Below are positions 1-12,150 of a stretch of 64,000 bases of DNA, in pieces. The position numbers were made by a program, and so were the translations under genes. Position 1 is the stretch's first letter. Every line of letters starts with the position of its first letter. Under the pieces are notes generated by a model. That model worked only from the letters and a program-made list of their open reading frames with translations. It made no database searches and was not told where the DNA came from. Source of the DNA: Rhynchopus sp. YZ270_cl-10 (taxonomy: Eukaryota); assembly GCA_964035575.1 (NCBI GenBank), contig OZ037834.1:1612001-1676000 (forward strand), in the 5' to 3' direction.

Positions 1-2803
1 AGTTCATGAAGGCAGACCTCTTCCTCAACGGCATCTGCACGCGAGGTGAATCCGCCCCCATGGTGTTCCCAATCCTTCCACGCGCAAGCTGCAACGTTAC
101 CCAGCACTTTAAGGACTGGGAAAACTCCCGTTTTGCACGGGAGTGCAGGAAGTGGGAATAAACAATTCGTTTCCAGCGGGTGGAGGTTGACGTCGGGGAG
201 CGAGTTGTTGTTTACTGAGTCAGTTGGACTGCTGCTGCGGTTGCTCCTCCACTGCCAGGTCTGTCGGCTCAGGTGTGGCACTGCTGACCACTCTATTGTA
301 GGGGCTGTCGTCTCCGCGGGTGTGCGAGTGTTGGTGTTTTCTTAACATACCCATCGGAGTTCACTGTCCCTTCTGCCCCTGCTGCGGTCTCACAACCGTG
401 ATGCCATTGCCAAGAGGATGGGTGGCCGGGGTGCAGGGGTGGTGAAGAGGGTGGAGAGAGAGGGTGGTGCGGATGGGTAACAAAATAGAATATTTTCTGT
501 ACATCATGCTTACAGGGGGAATTAGTCAGGTCTATGCCGTGGGCAACAGGAAGCTGTGCAGCTATGCGTGCAGTGTGTCGCATGCACCACGGTCAGCCTG
601 GACCCGCGTGGACCCCCAAGCTTCGATGTTTATTTCAAACAATTTGATTCATTCTAATGGGCCTTCCCGCTTTTTTGATAAAACAACTTGTTGTCAATTC
701 TAAAAAGATTGGAGGCAGCGCTGCAGGGCAAACAAAACCGACTGAAAAAGAGAGAAGCTTGCTTGTTCTTTGAGTCCTCATTTAACCATAACAACCTGAC
801 TTCAGTTTGACGCATTTTTTTTCTTTTCTTTTCACCTTTTTGTTTCCGGCTTATCGCACAAGCAAAATACACAAAAAATTTTTTTGACCCGAATATATCC
901 TCGACAGGTGCTGTTGCTGGCCCTACAAAAAATATTCTCACACAGGTTCGCGTGTGGAACCGTCCAGTACGAAGCTTGTGTGTGAACGTCGCGAAATTTT
1001 GTCTATTTATTTATCGTTTGATTGTCGCACTGGCACTCTCCACCTATCTCCTTTTTAGGCACTAGGCATTGAGAAGCCTTGGTGCAGAGAGGTCGTCCCT
1101 CTATGCATTTACGCCCGAGTTACTCGTGCGACATGAAATACAAGCACATAGGCTACCATTTTTCATTCTCAATCCTCTTGAGAATTAAAGTGGCTACTGG
1201 TGACCCATTTTTTTTTTTTTTTTGATACAGCTGTTGAGGCCTGGGTTCATCTTCCCCTTCTTTCCGTTCTTGCTCAGATTAATTTTCAGCTTTGCCTTTG
1301 TTATGTTATGTTATGTTATTATTCGGAACGGAAACTAGCTAAGGTGCAATCGTTACCTCCCTCGACAGAACCACGTTCTGCGTTGTTTATTTCGGTCTCA
1401 AATGTGATTTTAAAAGGTCTCTCGGAGTGCTTCAATTAGACGGATCGATGCAGGATAGGTTTGGAAGCAGTTGTCCCAAGAGCGGGACATTGCCCAAGAG
1501 TGTTCATGTATGTGCGGTACACGAAAGATCTTGTGAGAAAAAAAAATGTTTTGAGCAGCTACCATTTTTATTGATTTATGCCAAACTGATGACTGCGTCC
1601 GTGGGGGTGTTTTGCATTGTTAGCCTTTTCTTTTTTAAACGATTGTCTTTCTGGCTGGCTGGCTGTGTTTGATAACTAATTCTTGCGCAAAATATGGCCC
1701 AAAGCTGTATGTGCATGTGCGTGTGTGTGTTTTTTGTTGCTGCTTATTGCTGCTTCTTTGTTAGCGTTCTACCGTCGCGGGTTCAGCACTCAAGAAAGTA
1801 AAGGAATGGTTTCTGTGTCTTTGAGTTGACTGTATATTGCTCCGCATTTTCTCTCTTTTTGGTAAAGCGATCATCTGTCCTAATCATTTGATAAAGTGAG
1901 TTCTTCTTCTTCTTTTTTTTAATACACATTTTTTTTTTTTTTTGGCCTCAAAGAGGTTTCCTCTTGGCCAGGTAGTCAGTGGGAGCGTATTGCAGTAATA
2001 AAAATTTCACTACAGAATATTTATTACACACTTTACGCACAAACAGATTTCTGTTGACGTTTGGCTTCACCAACGAAGTATCGTTGGAATTTGGCTTGTT
2101 CCAGTACCCCCCTCGTAGGGTACAGCGAAGCCGTTTTTCTGTATGACGCTCAACAAAAAAAAAAACTATAAAATAATCCTGTATGGCCCAAAAGTGGGGA
2201 AGCCCACAGCTTTGGGGTATCTGGAGGTATTGTGAGGTGTTGCGACACATTTTCAACCCCTTTGCCATTTTTTTTTTTTTCATCGCTTTTTTCCCTCCTC
2301 TTTTTTTTACCAGCCCTTGCGGCTCATGTTGTTCTGTGTGGGCTAGCCGGGTTTTGCGATCCGACTGGTCTCTTTTACTCAGCATCAGGGTACCGTTGGT
2401 GCTTTTGGTGAGTGGGTTGACACATTATGTGAACACCTCCTCTATCCCTGGCCGCTTAGGGGGGGGCACAGACAACACACCTTTCCCCAGGGGGGGTTTT
2501 TTTGACACTTTTTGTCATGTTTTCACCCATTTTCCTCGTTTTCTGCGAGGTTTGATACTTCCGAATACATGTCCCTCCCATTTTATTTTTTTGTCACAAC
2601 TTGTTCTCCTCGATGCAACGAGATGCACGTCTCTTGCCTCCTCTCCTTGCGAAGGCTCATTCATACCCTCTTCGCTCTACAAACCCGCTTCACTCTCTCG
2701 CCTCAAAGGGCATTGTGCACAGGTCCTCCCCGACCTCACCGACACAGCGATGATGAGGACACACATTTCCAACATTTTCCCCACTGCTGACATCTGCTCA
2801 TAA
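1..2803 (+). CDS. Probable 3' part of a multi-exon gene of unknown product (partial; exon structure uncertain)
   Basis: Coding-like exon 1-45 (FMKADLFLNGICTR) ends at a GT donor. Candidate exon 530-627 follows CAG and joins in phase. Candidate terminal exon 2723-2803 follows CACAG (VLPDLTDTAMMRTHISNIFPTADICS*). Intervening exons were not resolved. Confidence 0.3.
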
Positions 2804-5395
2804 GTCATGCGTTATTCCGTTGGGGCAAACAGAGAGACCTGGGGGGGACGCGTGGTGAGCTCTGCGGGAGGGGTTAGACTGTCATGCCAGACGCTCTCGG
2901 GAGGGGGTGTGTGTCCAACGATATCGGAGGTGGGCCAGGGTGGCGGTTCAGTACTCAGTCGTCTTTGATTGGGTGGGGTGGGGTGGGTCATATGAAGAAC
3001 TATACGGGGGTTTTTGCCATGCACTTCATGTTGTATTGAAATGTAATAGTGCAACCAGCTCTCCATGTTTTTACACAAGATTTTCATCGGCTGCGGGCAT
3101 GAAAGGAGGGGGCACTCTTTGGGTGACTCAGCACAACGGCTTTTACCAACTCTCTTTTATTGCGCATCGAACAGGGCTTTGGCTGGCGGTGAGTTCTGTG
3201 GTGGTGAGAGGTGGGAAAGGGGAAGAGGGGAGGTGCACCACTCATGCGAAATAGCTGGTCCTGATCGTGACATTGGAGGGTGATGGTGTTGGAGGCAAAT
3301 TTGTGGCGCAGCTCCACCGCCAGGGGGGATCGTTTGTTCGGGGGTGAACGACTTCTTGCCTTTCCTCCAGCTACCATACACAACACTGTCACGTCTGCTG
3401 GCAGCGCTTTAAATCTCAGGGGGGAAGATGAAACAGTCATAACGTGGCACCAGAGGGGGTGGAGGTGGAGGTTGCCAGAACAGACGTAGTGGGGTGGGAG
3501 GGGCACGCCAACGGAGGTGGAAGCAAACCATCCCGAGGGTGGGTCAAGGGAAAGGGAAAGGGGTTGTGGGGTGGTGTGGTGCTGCCCAACGGAACGTTCT
3601 TTGCGTGAGACCAGAGGTTTTCCTCTGTTTCAGCTCTGCAAGGATGTGTGTTGTGGTGTTGATGTCCCTTCCGTGTCGGTCCTCTTGACAAGACATGCCC
3701 TGGCAGAGGTAGGGTTGCATTGCGCATCCCTTCGCAGGGTGGGGTGGTGTGAGCAGTCGGGTGTGTGGGGTTCTACTGTAGAGACAAAGGGGTCTTCACG
3801 ACACCGAGGGTCTGGACAGCACAAGGGTGAAAGGAGGAGGGCGGGGTGTGCACCATGCTGCCAGCAGACGTGGCAGCAGTCAATGCGACCTCTGATGGTG
3901 TGTGGGTTGGGTTGGGTGTGGGGTTGGTTGGGGGTGGATGCTGTGCATCGTACACTATACACCCATCCTCGCTATGCATGCTGGCGGATGTGCCTTCAGT
4001 GTAGGTCAGAACTAAACCCCGGTATCGATCTTCATCTCCGTCTCTTTCGACGAACTGAGCAGAAGCCGTTCGAATGGTTGCTATTGGGTACCAGACGTTC
4101 TCATTTACAGAGAGCGCTCGCGGTTCCGCTTGAGGGGGCATGATGGGAGGGGAACAATGTCGTGGGTGGAATCAATCTATCTTTTTGATGTGGTGTTGCG
4201 GGGGAACTTCTTAATGGAATTTTCATAATGCAGCAGGTCATGCACTGTCCGGAGACGCTTTCCTCAAAAGGGAAATGCGTCTCAACGTGACCTACGCTGC
4301 TTCATACTTTTCCCGTCTCACTCTGGGGGCAGTATCTTTAGACATCGTTGATGGGTAGTTACTGGAATATTCAGTGGGGATGGGTAAGCCACGGGTGTGT
4401 CCTGTCTGACTGCATGCACGGATGTGATCACAAAGGGGGAGTAATGGTACGGGTATGGGATAAGCTTCTGTGGCTTCGCCTTGGTGAAGGATGTGAGGGG
4501 AGCGTGAGAGGAGAGAGTCCAAAGCATCAAAGCTATGGTATAAGGGAAGACGACGAGCGTTCATATGTTTTGTGGGCATCATCAAGAGATTGATGGCGAC
4601 AGCATCAACGGGTATTCGGGTAGGGTGCTTCGAGTAGGGTTGTCACTTTATAATGCTTCAAGGCAAAGGCTATGGCTTCGACCCATCTTGCAAACCTTTT
4701 CTGAGGCACGGACGATCCATTAGGTTTCCTTTTTTACACCTTTCTGTTGGCCGCAGGGTACTTATACTTTCATCCGGATGGCTGGCATCGTGGGTCAGTC
4801 GGAGGTTTATTTGCCGGGGTTGCTGTTAAAGGCTCCGAGGCACTGATAACGCCGTGGCAATGTTTTTTCCACTAATGTTATTGGCAAGGCCATACACGGA
4901 ACTCCTCTAAGCACGGCTGCTTATCTTTGCCGCCTTTCCTGATGAGGAGGGGGGGTGCCTGCCTTTGGGTTCCAGTGTTTTAAACTGTGTTGGGGTACTG
5001 CTGGCAGCACGGGTAAGGCCTCACACTCATTCATGCCGCGTTCTCATGGTGAAGATCGCAGGCGGAAGGTTGTGGGGTTCTTAGAGGGTCATTTTTTTGG
5101 GATTCTTTTGGGTTTCTATGCAACTTCTGGAACGGAATGGGGATGGGGATGGGCCTGTGGATTGCCATCTCTTTGAGGTAGTGTTCGGTAGGGAAGCTAC
5201 CAGATCAGCCCTCGGATGTTTCCGAACATCCAAGGGGTTGACTGTTTGACTGTGGGTTATATTGAGCGGGTTGTTGCGCCTTGCTCTTTCGTGCATCAGG
5301 GTATCAGGCTATCGGACCAAGCGCCAAATGGGCACGCTTGGTGTGCTCATACGCACCGTACCTCCTCTTAGACCTACACTAAACAAAACACAAAT

Positions 5396-7550
5396 ATGGT
5401 TCTCGAAATCAACTCCGTTGCTAATGACATCCTCCGTGATATCGGTAAGCGCACGAAGGCGAGCCGTGCGTACCTCTTCCACTTCAGGGGGCAGCGCATG
5501 ACAAACAGCCATGAATGGACCGCAGAGGGTGTTGAGGGGTTCAAGCAGCGCCTGACGGACATCTCGATTGACACATTCCCGAGCTTTGTGACCGACATTA
5601 AGAAGGGTAATGTGGTGGAGGTGCCGGATGTGGCGAGCATTGAGGACGACTCCCCTGAGGAGTTTGCAGAGATGAAACATGAGTCGATCAAGTCGCTGCT
5701 GATGGTTCCTGTGAAGGACCCGATCTCACTTGGGCCTGTTGGCATGCTGGGGCTCGACTTCTGTGGGGAGGAAAACCAGGAGCTGGCTTCCAAGGCAGAC
5801 CCGCTGAGGCTGGCAAGCGAGTTTCTGATGACGGTAGGCTCTGTCGTCGAGATGGTCATGGGGAAGTGCATGATGCCCACCGACGTCTTCAACGCATCGC
5901 GTGAGTACCGCATTCGCCGTGTGGCGCAGCTCATGCAGAAGCTGCAAGATTCGAAGAAGGACCTTTCGAAGCTGCCCTCCATGCGTCTCTTCTCAGAGAC
6001 CGTGGGTGTCTTCCTCTCGCCCAAGGCGCCGAGCAAGCATATCCCCAAGCTGCTCCTCCCGGACCTCTACTCGCGTGTCATGATCGACCGCAAGACTGTC
6101 ATCCGCCCCAAGGAGTGGGTCAAGCCCGGCGTCACCCAAGCAGACCTCACAGAATGGGTGCAGCGCTGCGCAAAGGAGTGGGATAATATCAAGCCCGACA
6201 TCACACCCTACACTCCGTTCCGCGACGTCGCGTACGCCCGCTACATGTACCGCTCAGGGAACATCCACTCCCTCAAGTTCAAGCCGTTTTTCCAGGTATG
6301 GTTACTGGGGGGGGGGCGAATAAGAGATCAGGGGTGAATAAGAGATCAGGGCCGAATAAGAGATCAGGTTGAGATTTTGGGGGTATTTTTTTTTTTTTTT
6401 TTTGCATGCGCCAGGGTTTTATCTTGAAATTTTTTTTTGAAATTTTACCCTGTCTACCCGGTCTGGCAAAAAAGTGGTCAAAAAATTTTTTTTGCCTCCG
6501 GCGAAAATGTCTTTTTGCTTTTTTCCCCCCAAAAAAAATTTTTTATTTCTGGCTCGTCCGTTCGCCTAATAAGAGATGCCACATCTCTTATTCGCCCCCC
6601 CCCCCCCAGTAAAACTATATCGATAAAAATAAATGAAAGTGGAGATTGCACAACTGTGGCAACACAATGATCATCCTGGGCATCCAATGATCCACGTTCG
6701 TACCTGACGAGAAGGCAATCTTTTAGGTTTTCATTTTATTATCGTTATTGCTTTGCGGCGAACTTTTCCCCCTTCATTCCTATGTGCCGATGCGGGCAAT
6801 GCGAGACACGCTCTCATTCATCTTTTTCAAAATTTCTTTCCCCATTTCCTAAACTGAGTGTTTGCATCCACCTGGACATCACATTATCAAATTCACTTTA
6901 AACACCTCCCCCTTTTTTCTCAGGTCAAACCCGAATACAACGTGATTGTCGGATCTCACCCACGCCCTTTTGACCGTATTCCTGACTCTATTCGCGACTC
7001 GAAGGTCATGCGCAGCATTCTTCAGACTCTTCTTGAGGATGTATGGGGTGGGGAGCTTGGATCTGAGGTGCACATTGGTGTACACCCGACACGTGTACGC
7101 AACTTCCATGAAGGCGAGATCCACAACAAGCTTCACGCAACCCTAGAGGGCACCCACGTTGACTCGACACACCGGGTTGCGGTGATGATGATTGAGCGCC
7201 ACAATGTGGGTGAAGGAGGTACGACATCACTGTACGACGCATCCTGCCCGATGGGTCTGCTGCGTGAGCGTGAGGCTGATGAGGAAATCCTTAAGAAGCA
7301 CCGTATCCTCAGCCACACCCTCATGGACCCTCTGGAGGCTCTCACGTTCTCAGACCTTGAATTCAAGCATGATGCCAGCAACTTCACCGCAAAGGACCCA
7401 ACAAAGAAGGCCTGGCGGTCTCTGATGCTGATCATGTGCAGAAAGCCTAATGGACAGAAAAGCCCTCTCGATGACCGCATTCTTGACGGCTTCACTCCAA
7501 GAAGCGAAGCTGGTGATGATGACTCCAGCGAGTGCAATTCAAGCCAATAA
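5396..7550 (+). CDS. GAF domain + 2OG-Fe(II) dioxygenase (2OG-Fe_Oxy_2/BsmA-like) fusion protein, ~508 aa, 2 exons
   Basis: Exons 5396-6295 and 6924-7550 are joined by a phase-0 GTATGG..TTCTCAG intron; an upstream acceptor CTCTTAG lies at 5371. The N-terminus has bacterial-type GAF motifs (SRAYLF..NSHEWTAEG..VPDV..IKSLLMVP..GMLGLD). The C-terminus has PFFQ|VKPEYN..G..R.F, EGTHVD, RHNV..GG.TSL, FKHDA and WR motifs, i.e. the HxD...H triad plus Arg. Confidence 0.8.
6305..6609. mobile_element. MITE with TA TSD (Tc1/mariner-like), inside the intron of the GAF-dioxygenase gene
   Basis: TA|CTG(G)nCGAATAAGAGAT ... ATCTCTTATTCG(C)nCAG|TA; subterminal GAATAAGAGATCAGG occurs three times. Confidence 0.85.
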
Positions 7551-8026
7551 AAAAGGAGGCATCTTTTGCATGGAACGAAAAATAAAATAATGATTTTAAA
7601 AGCAGAGCAGAGTGAGCGCGGTTACAACCACCATACGCTCTGTTCTGTCTTTTTCTTTTTTTAAATCATTTTTTCTTCCAAACGAAAAAAAAAAAAAAAC
7701 ATAAATTATCACAATATGTCTTTATCCTTGCTCTACCAAAGGCGTAAAGTGATTGTTGATACAAGAAAACAATGGGTTGGGTGATCCGAACTAAAAATCA
7801 GAGATGTTCGGGTAAAAAGTATATTCTTCTTCTTCTTTTTTTTTACAGTGTTAAAAAAGCATTTGTGACTCCAACGAGTTTTATCAAAAAAAAAAAAGCA
7901 AAACAAAAACCCCTTTATTCCCCCATTCCTTTCTCTTTCTCCGATGATTGCCAAGAAATTTTCAGACCAGAGTTTTTTTTGTGATTTTGAATCTTTCACG
8001 TATCAAATACACAGAAATCAGCTGAC

Positions 8027-8633
8027 ATATGGGTCGATTTCAAAACCCCCCCCCCCCCAAAAAGTTCTTTTTTGTCTTTTTCATGATATAGGCAGTTTTT
8101 TTGCAGTCTGAGGTCCGGAACCGCCCCAAAAACGATTTTCTGGGAGGTTTTGGGAGGTTTTGGGGCGAAATGGACCTTTTTTGACCATTTTTATGGTATT
8201 TTTAGGCTGTTTTTGGCCCTTCTTCTTACACAGCCTATTGGGGGTCAAAATAGCTATTTTTGACCAAAAAACACAATTTATTTGACGCCAGGAGGCCTCC
8301 GTTGGCCCAAATATATCCCAAAAATGGGCTGTGAGCCCAATCCGACCTGTTTTGGGCACATTTGGCACTTTTCTTGGTGCTTATTTGATGTTTTTTGGTC
8401 AAAAATAGCTATTTTGACCCCCAATAGGCTGTGTAAGAAGAAGGGCCAAAAACAGCCTAAAAATACCATAAAAATGGTCAAAAAAGGTCCATTTCGCCCC
8501 AAAACCTCCCAAAACCTCCCAGAAAATCGTTTTTGGGGCGGTTCCGGACCTCAGACTGCAAAAAAACTGCCTATATCATGAAAAAGACAAAAAAGAACTT
8601 TTGGGGGGGGGGGTTTTTGAAATCGACCCATAT
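8027..8633. mobile_element. Foldback-type MITE / near-perfect long palindrome
   Basis: Inverted arms ~8027-8273 and ~8389-8633 differ essentially only in homopolymer lengths, with a ~115 bp spacer. Ends read (A)TA|TGGGTCG...CGACCCA|TA(T). Confidence 0.9.
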
Positions 8634-10130
8634 TGATGCATACCAAAAAGAAGATGAAACCTAGTATTGTAGATAAAATGTTTGTGCGAAAGCGAAAGAA
8701 TATGAACTCCCAAACATTTATCAATGTGACCAACACAGTTCCAGGTCATCTTTACCAACGTTTTTTTTTATTTTCCTTTGGCCCTGGTTTGGTTCTTTAC
8801 AGCCACACTTCGTAAGGCTTCGATTCATCTTACCAAACCCTCCCTCCCACACACCCCCTTTTTTTTTGCGTGTAGATGCTCTTTGCTTGAGTGGTCCCTA
8901 CTCAGTGACGTGACGCGGAGTGCTTACAACTGTGCTCGCATTGTCACTGCTTGTGGGAGACCCTCGACGGGAGATGTACGTTGCAAAAGAAACTCATATT
9001 TTTTTTTACCTCTGCTGGTGTGGCTGAACGGGGGTGGTGATTCGCACTTCTTGCACCTTTTTTGTGCCCTCCCACATAAAGTAAAAAAAAAAGTTTGGGT
9101 ACATTTAGTGCACCCTATTATACCTTCTATTCAGTAGAATAGTTAGTATATGAAACAATTTGCCCTCCCATTCAGCCACACCATCTGCTGTTTTTATACC
9201 AGAGTGGCACAACAAAAGGAACGAACAGTAAATAGCGTTCTCCAGGATGTATTTTTTTTACACCCCAAGTTGTTATTTTTTTTTTCCTTTTTGCGCAAAC
9301 GCTCCTTCTCTTTGCTCTCTTTTAAGGATCCTGTGAAAAAATGGTTGTTATCTTGTATAGTAATCGAAAATCAAATGAATTCTTTTCGCGCAAAAAAGTG
9401 CATTTCAAAAGTATATTAACAAACGACTGTCCGAACAACATGAGTTCCTTTCTGGCATTTTAATTCGGGAGAGACGGTAAGGCTTGGACCTCCCTCCCCC
9501 TTTCCCCACCCCCTCCACACATCCCCACCCCCCAGTCATCCCTCCAGGGTTTTTATGTTTGCTGGATGAGAGCAGTGACTATATTTTCTGATTTATAGGA
9601 CCTAATGCAGTTCAGGTCCTGCTTCATTTTGATGTGTTTTCCCCCCCATTTATAAAAAAAAATAGTGAGGAGCACCTCCGAGTGCCTGCACTGATCCAAA
9701 TAAAATTGTTACGAAAAAAATTCTCCGTTTTTCCCTTTATATAGCAAGGGGTTTCCAGAACCCCTTCATGCGCGCTTTTTATTATTTACTGATGTTTTGG
9801 GTTCTCAATGAGACTCAATACAATTTTTTTTTTAAACCTTCGGACAACGCTGTGTACAGAAGTCCTCATTTAAGTATCACTCCTTTGGGTTACGGTCTTT
9901 TGTGAGGCGTGTGTATCTCAGATTAGTTTACGTAGGGCACTTGCACATACCTACCTCGTTAGGCGATTGTCGATACTGCCAAAAACGAAGTTTTTTTTTT
10001 TTTTTTTTTTTGCATTTGAATCCTTTGGCGTGATATCATTTGATACGCATGAACACAACCGAGCTGCATTTTTAGCACGTTTCAGCTACTCTTTGATATA
10101 ACGTCGGATGGTGAAGAATAGTAAAAAAAA

Positions 10131-10180
10131 TAGTGGAACACACTCTCGGGTGTCTCCACTAATACAACCAAGTTTCCAAA
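10131..10180 (+). repeat. Hairpin family A representative (TAGTG..hairpin..CACTAATACAACCAAGTTT)
   Basis: Related copies at ~9663, 26039, 31186, 31584, 39433, 39682, 39778, 40633 and 58026 (partial), all on the + strand. Confidence 0.8.
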
Positions 10181-10524
10181 AAAAAAGAACACAACGAGTA
10201 AACCAATTCCATTTTTTTGCGTACCTACAGTGGGTGTAGCTTTCTTCCCCCTTTTCCCACCCCCCTGCTTTTTGTTTTTTTATATCTTCCTTGATGCAAC
10301 GTGACTACAATGAATCTTCCTTCTGCTTTCCCCTCCTCCCCTTACCTCAACCAAATTGCCTAGTAGAAGCGGTGCTTAAGCAACTTTCTGTTTTTTTCAA
10401 AGGTTTGGCTGTGGCGAGGCAGGGAAACAGGGTGATGGGTAGCGTGTAGTATTTACTCAGTATTTCCCCATCAAAACATGCATAAAAAACAAACGCTGTT
10501 TTTTTTTTTTCTCTCTAATACCGT

Positions 10525-11237
10525 CAGTGTTGGAGCGTGGATTGGGTATTTTGGAAAACGACCCGGTTTGACCCGGTTTGGGGGGTTTTTTGGTAAAAAA
10601 AATTTTCGCGCTGCGCGCGAAAATTCCTGTGACAAGCTCGCCGCTCCCCCTTTTTTCATTTTTCGGGCATTTATATCAGGGTTCTCCATCATCATCATTT
10701 TTTCCCTTTCCCTCCGGGAAAGTTTCCCAGCCGCACTCCTTTAGTCGCAAAGTCGGTAAGACCAACGGTGACAGCGCCGCAGGCACGGTACGCAACTTCT
10801 GTGATCGAAAACTGTTCGGCGTAACCACATTCTGAAAAAAATATGAGAAGCGCCGAGGCAAACGATACTATTTTGAGGAAAGGTTTGGACACCTTTCATT
10901 CCTGTGCAATGTGGGTGGAGACATGGTGAGACGACGGGAGTATTTCACTGTGCAAAATTTGTCCATTTTTGCACATCGACCCCACCACTGGCCGAGATTG
11001 GCCCAAAAAATGCGAACATCGGCCTTTTCATGTGCGCCCTCGCACTGGGAGGGCTCGACCCACCGTAGGGGCTGAGACCCACAACTGAGATCCTACCAAA
11101 AAACGCAAAATCCCACTCGTCAAAATCCTGATTTCACTTTTTTTTTTTTTTTTCCAAACCGGGTATTTCGCCAAAATCCACTTTTTTTTTTTTTTCCCGG
11201 TTTTGAAACCGGGTCAGAGTACCACGCTCCATCCCTG
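10525..11237. mobile_element. hAT-like non-autonomous element
   Basis: TIRs CAGTGTTGGAGCGTGG / CCACGCTCCATCCCTG; perfect 8-bp TSD AATACCGT on both sides. Confidence 0.85.
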
Positions 11238-11241
11238 AATA

Positions 11242-11358
11242 CCGTAAGCGTACAAATAGTGTACCGTAAGGAATGTGGACCGTAAAAAAAACGTGGAACA
11301 TTTTCAGTTTTTGGGGAGCGTAGAACATTATTACGTTCCACTATTGTTCCGCTTACGG
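11242..11358. mobile_element. Small MITE with TA TSD
   Basis: TA|CCGTAAGCGTACAAATAG ... CTATTGTTCCGCTTACGG|TA. Confidence 0.7.
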
Positions 11359-12150
11359 TATGTTCTGATGGATGGAAATACGTAATAATACAATACCTTC
11401 CCAGTAAGAAGGGTAGAATACCATTGAGACACAAAAAAGGGGGCAGTGATGATGGTGTTAGTGATTTTACCCCAAAAAGCACCGAAGGTGCTACAAGAGC
11501 GGGGGAGTCACGAACACCAGATGAATGTTTTGTTTTGTTTTTTTTGTTGTTGGTGCTTTTCGGAAATCGGTCAACGACCTGTCAGCGAGCTGTCGATATC
11601 GACCCCTCCCGGAGCACGATGTGTGTGTTTTGTTTTTACCATCCCAGTAGGAATGTTCCCCCTTATAGTATAAGATGTGTGGGTACATGAGGCATCTTAC
11701 AAAACTTCTCTTTGATTTACCATTCAATTTAACCGCATTTCTCCCCCATACCTAGTCAGTGTTTTCACCCTGTGTACACTGTACTTTTTTTAGGACTTTA
11801 CAATTTCCCCCCCTCTTTTCACCACTTTTTCAACCCCCCCTTTTTTGCTTTCTTTGCTGACATTTTGTTTTGCCAGGCGTTTTTTTTTTACGCAGCAAAA
11901 GCACGAATCCAAAAAAAGCTTGGAGTGTGTACAGACCCTGGTTACCCACCCAAGGTTGGGTATTTAGGTGATTGTCGACACAACCAAAAACAAACAAAAA
12001 AATCAACACCACACCAACACACCAAACCCCTTCCCCCCTTCCCTTATACTTTGTTCTTCCCATCCCTCCCTCTCCCTCTCCCCCTCCCTCTCCCCACTGC
12101 CACTACCACTATTGCTCTCCAGACATCCCTCCCTCCCTCTCACCCTTACA

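Noticed and set aside
2810..5300. Many overlapping short ORFs in G/T-rich sequence (similarly 58150-60500)
   Set aside because: No recognisable motifs or consistent exon chain; small exons cannot be excluded without RNA-seq.
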